Under the pieces are notes generated by a model. The model made no database searches and had not been told where the DNA came from. It saw nothing but the letters and a program-made list of their open reading frames with translations. From contig CM022665.1 of NCBI GenBank assembly GCA_012295275.1, positions 12,710,001 through 12,774,000 on the forward strand: a DNA stretch of 64,000 nt. Direction: 5' to 3'. The DNA comes from Chrysomallon squamiferum. Taxonomy: Eukaryota; Animalia; Mollusca. A program made the position numbers and the translations under genes. Of this stretch, positions 62,188 to 64,000 are shown in pieces. The first letter of the stretch is position 1; every line of letters starts with the position of its first letter.

Positions 62188-62254
62188 CTTTCCCTAGTAT
62201 CAGAAAGTGCTAGGTATAAAATCATTTCCAAGCACAAAGTGATGCCAGAGAAAG
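62188..62254 (-). ncRNA. pre-miRNA, UAGCACUU family (UAGCACUUUCUGAUACUAGGG)
   Basis: ctttc...gaaag bounded stem. Confidence 0.75.
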
Positions 62255-62322
62255 TAGAACATTTGTTAAGCTGAAATATATAATTGTAATAACTATATTC
62301 AAGATGTAAGGAAGGTTGCTTA

Positions 62323-62379
62323 CCCTAGCATCAGTAAGTGCTAAATATAATTTAGTTTCAGCAAAAACGGATACCAGAG
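62323..62379 (-). ncRNA. pre-miRNA, UAGCACUU family (UAGCACUUACUGAUGCUAGGG)
   Basis: Weaker stem; CAUC at +16. Confidence 0.62.
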
Positions 62380-62583
62380 AAAGAAAACTCAGTATCTTTA
62401 ATGAATCCTAGACTTGAGATCTGAAAAAAAAAAAAAAAATCCACAAATGTTTCTAAATTAATAAATAAAAATAGGTGATCCTTTCAGTGTAACATTATCA
62501 CTTACATTTTGATACTTTGTAAATTATATACCAGTATTCATATTTTAACCAAACATTCTCTGTAAAGTTTGAACAGAAACATA

Positions 62584-62641
62584 CCCTTACTATATTTCCG
62601 TCCAGTTCTTTAACACAGACAGGATGGGTATATAGTAAAGG
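62584..62641 (-). ncRNA. mir-184: pre-miRNA, miR-184-like (UGGACGGAAAUAUAGUAAGGG)
   Basis: ttactatat...atatagtaa stem. Confidence 0.8.
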
Positions 62642-62803
62642 AATATAAATGTGTTGGGATGAATCATTTATAACTGTTTCAGGTAATTCTGTACTGCCTA
62701 CTTATACCTATTATAATTACTGAAAATATTACTGGGTAATATTCTTGAACTTACCTGAGTGCCTGGATATATATTTGTTTCTATGCTTATTGTACTCCAG
62801 ACC

Positions 62804-62860
62804 TTGCATTGATCTGTGATTGCTTGAGATTAACATTATGCAATCACAAGAAAAATACAA
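62804..62860 (-). ncRNA. mir-2: pre-miRNA, miR-2 family seed (AAUCACAGAUCAAUGCAAGG)
   Basis: tgtgattgc...gcaatcaca stem; 5' nt A instead of U. Confidence 0.68.
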
Positions 62861-63104
62861 TGTTAGAATTCAAATTAATCAAACTAGTTCAAAAAGTTGC
62901 ATATCATGACCAGCACCTCCTTTCTGTTTTTAAATAATCCTTTAAGATTTTAAGCAAATTAATATCTTGTCTCTATGAATGCCTGAACTAGTGGTAAGAC
63001 ACCTCTTCCCTTTCTAAGTAATCAGTTGATTTTCACTGATTTTGCTCATTCATATTTTTATTAGTCTTTAAAATATCTTTATTGAAAAGTCGTTAGAAGG
63101 TTTT

Positions 63105-63177
63105 TCATCTCGTGTCACATATAGCTGTGATAACTTTATATAAATTGTCATCACAAGCTAGATGTGAGCAGAGATGA
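63105..63177 (-). ncRNA. mir-2: pre-miRNA, miR-2/13-like (UAUCACAGCUAUAUGUGACACG)
   Basis: Long stem tcatctc...gagatga; closest copy to canonical miR-2/miR-13. Confidence 0.82.
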
Positions 63178-63243
63178 TAAAAATAAATTAGAACAAGAAT
63201 GTCAGCTATACAAAAATATGGTTAAATAAAGACATATTTGGTA

Positions 63244-63295
63244 TAGCATTAGAAAGTGCTAGCAGCAAAGATAAGCCAGCACATAACTAATGCTA
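63244..63295 (-). ncRNA. pre-miRNA, UAGCACUU family (UAGCACUUUCUAAUGCUAUA)
   Basis: Perfect tagcattag/ctaatgcta stem segment. Confidence 0.77.
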
Positions 63296-63443
63296 GGCAA
63301 AAGAAGCCATTTAAAATTTCATCATGAATTTTTTGTTAATCATAGCCTTTGTCAGTTGCTTGTGAATGTCTTTATTCTTGGAAGAATATACTATTTTATC
63401 ATAAGGTTTAATCATTCTGAATGTAACAAATATGAATGCCAGA

Positions 63444-63513
63444 TATCAGGTATTGCAGGTTTCTGTGATAGCTATTAACATCTGCAGTCACAAGAAAGAT
63501 ACAATGGCTGATA
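63444..63513 (-). ncRNA. mir-2: pre-miRNA, miR-2 family seed (UAUCACAGAAACCUGCAAUACC)
   Basis: tatcag...ctgata bounded stem. Confidence 0.75.
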
Positions 63514-63746
63514 AATGAAATTTTTCATTAATAGTAAGATCCATCGTGTATTTAGGATATACAAGTACCTCTTCATAATACTATCAATATTGTATTTGGT
63601 AAGAACATTTTTAGTTTATTTAGGATAAAGAAGTCCCTACGATAATATTATTTGCATTCTCTTTATTAAGAATTTTCATAGACTACTAGTCCCTACCAAA
63701 ATGATATCAGTAAGTTGATAAATCTGATGAAGACTATAACCCAGTA

Positions 63747-63803
63747 CCCCAGCATCTGAAAGTGCTAGTATCCTAATATAACAAGCACAAACAGATACTG
63801 TGG
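63747..63803 (-). ncRNA. pre-miRNA, UAGCACUU family (UAGCACUUUCAGAUGCUGGGG)
   Basis: Same predicted mature as the 56680 copy; CAUC at +17. Confidence 0.8.
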
Positions 63804-63961
63804 AACAGAGTAATAATTGTGATACCAGTTCCCTTGATTATAGATCTCAAATTCTATTACACTATTTTACAGTGTCTTTGTCTTTATTTGTCTTTGTGGG
63901 TGATATACTGTTTAGTATTAATATCTAGCATACAAATATAGAGTAGTGGTAATTCTTCTCA

Positions 63962-64000
63962 TTCCCAGGATACCACTGTGATACTAACTATATGTGCAGT
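63962..64000 (-). ncRNA. mir-2: Partial pre-miRNA, miR-2 family seed (UAUCACAGUGGUAUCCUGGGAA), cut by window edge
   Basis: ctgtgata + loop + gcagt as in other copies; partner arm outside window. Confidence 0.55.

Larger units (their letters stand above)
55994..64000 (-). ncRNA. Polycistronic microRNA cluster (about 38 hairpins, 3 families), antisense within an intron; continues past window end
   Basis: Recurring ~55-70 nt stem-loops whose minus-strand 3p arms begin UAUCACAG, UGGACGGA or UAGCACU; G:U pairing and CNNC spacing favour the minus strand. Confidence 0.88.

Noticed and set aside
56680-63803. Plus-strand AAAGUGCU read as a miR-430/302/17-type seed
   Set aside because: It lies at the loop-proximal end of the plus-strand 5' arm, not at nt 2-8; G:U pairing and CNNC favour the minus strand

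Overview
AT-rich, microsatellite-rich, intron-containing animal genomic DNA. A lophotrochozoan, probably molluscan, origin is inferred from gene content. It holds three units. (1) TMEM181 on the minus strand: 13 coding exons from 9340 down to 972, with the last exon not found in the window. (2) A divergently oriented, very large secreted mosaic gene on the plus strand: 37 coding exons reconstructed from 18159 to 55240, continuing past the window. Its architecture is signal peptide, TSPN/LamG, coiled coil, vWC, then two copies of [EGF, Kunitz, Cys domain, vWC-like, tyrosinase-fold domain lacking several copper histidines, G(Y/F)D repeats, Cys domain], then at least 23 vWC repeats of kielin/chordin type. 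(3) The main discovery: the last visible intron of that gene (55241-64000) hides an antisense cluster of about 38 pre-miRNA-like hairpins in three interleaved families. These are about 20 with the miR-2/K-box seed (9 of them in a 128-bp tandem array), 5 miR-184-like, and 13 of a UAGCACU(U/A) family that I cannot assign exactly (miR-29-like start). G:U pairing asymmetry and a CNNC motif at the expected spacing support minus-strand processing. Exons and hairpins were read by eye; no folding software or database search was run.
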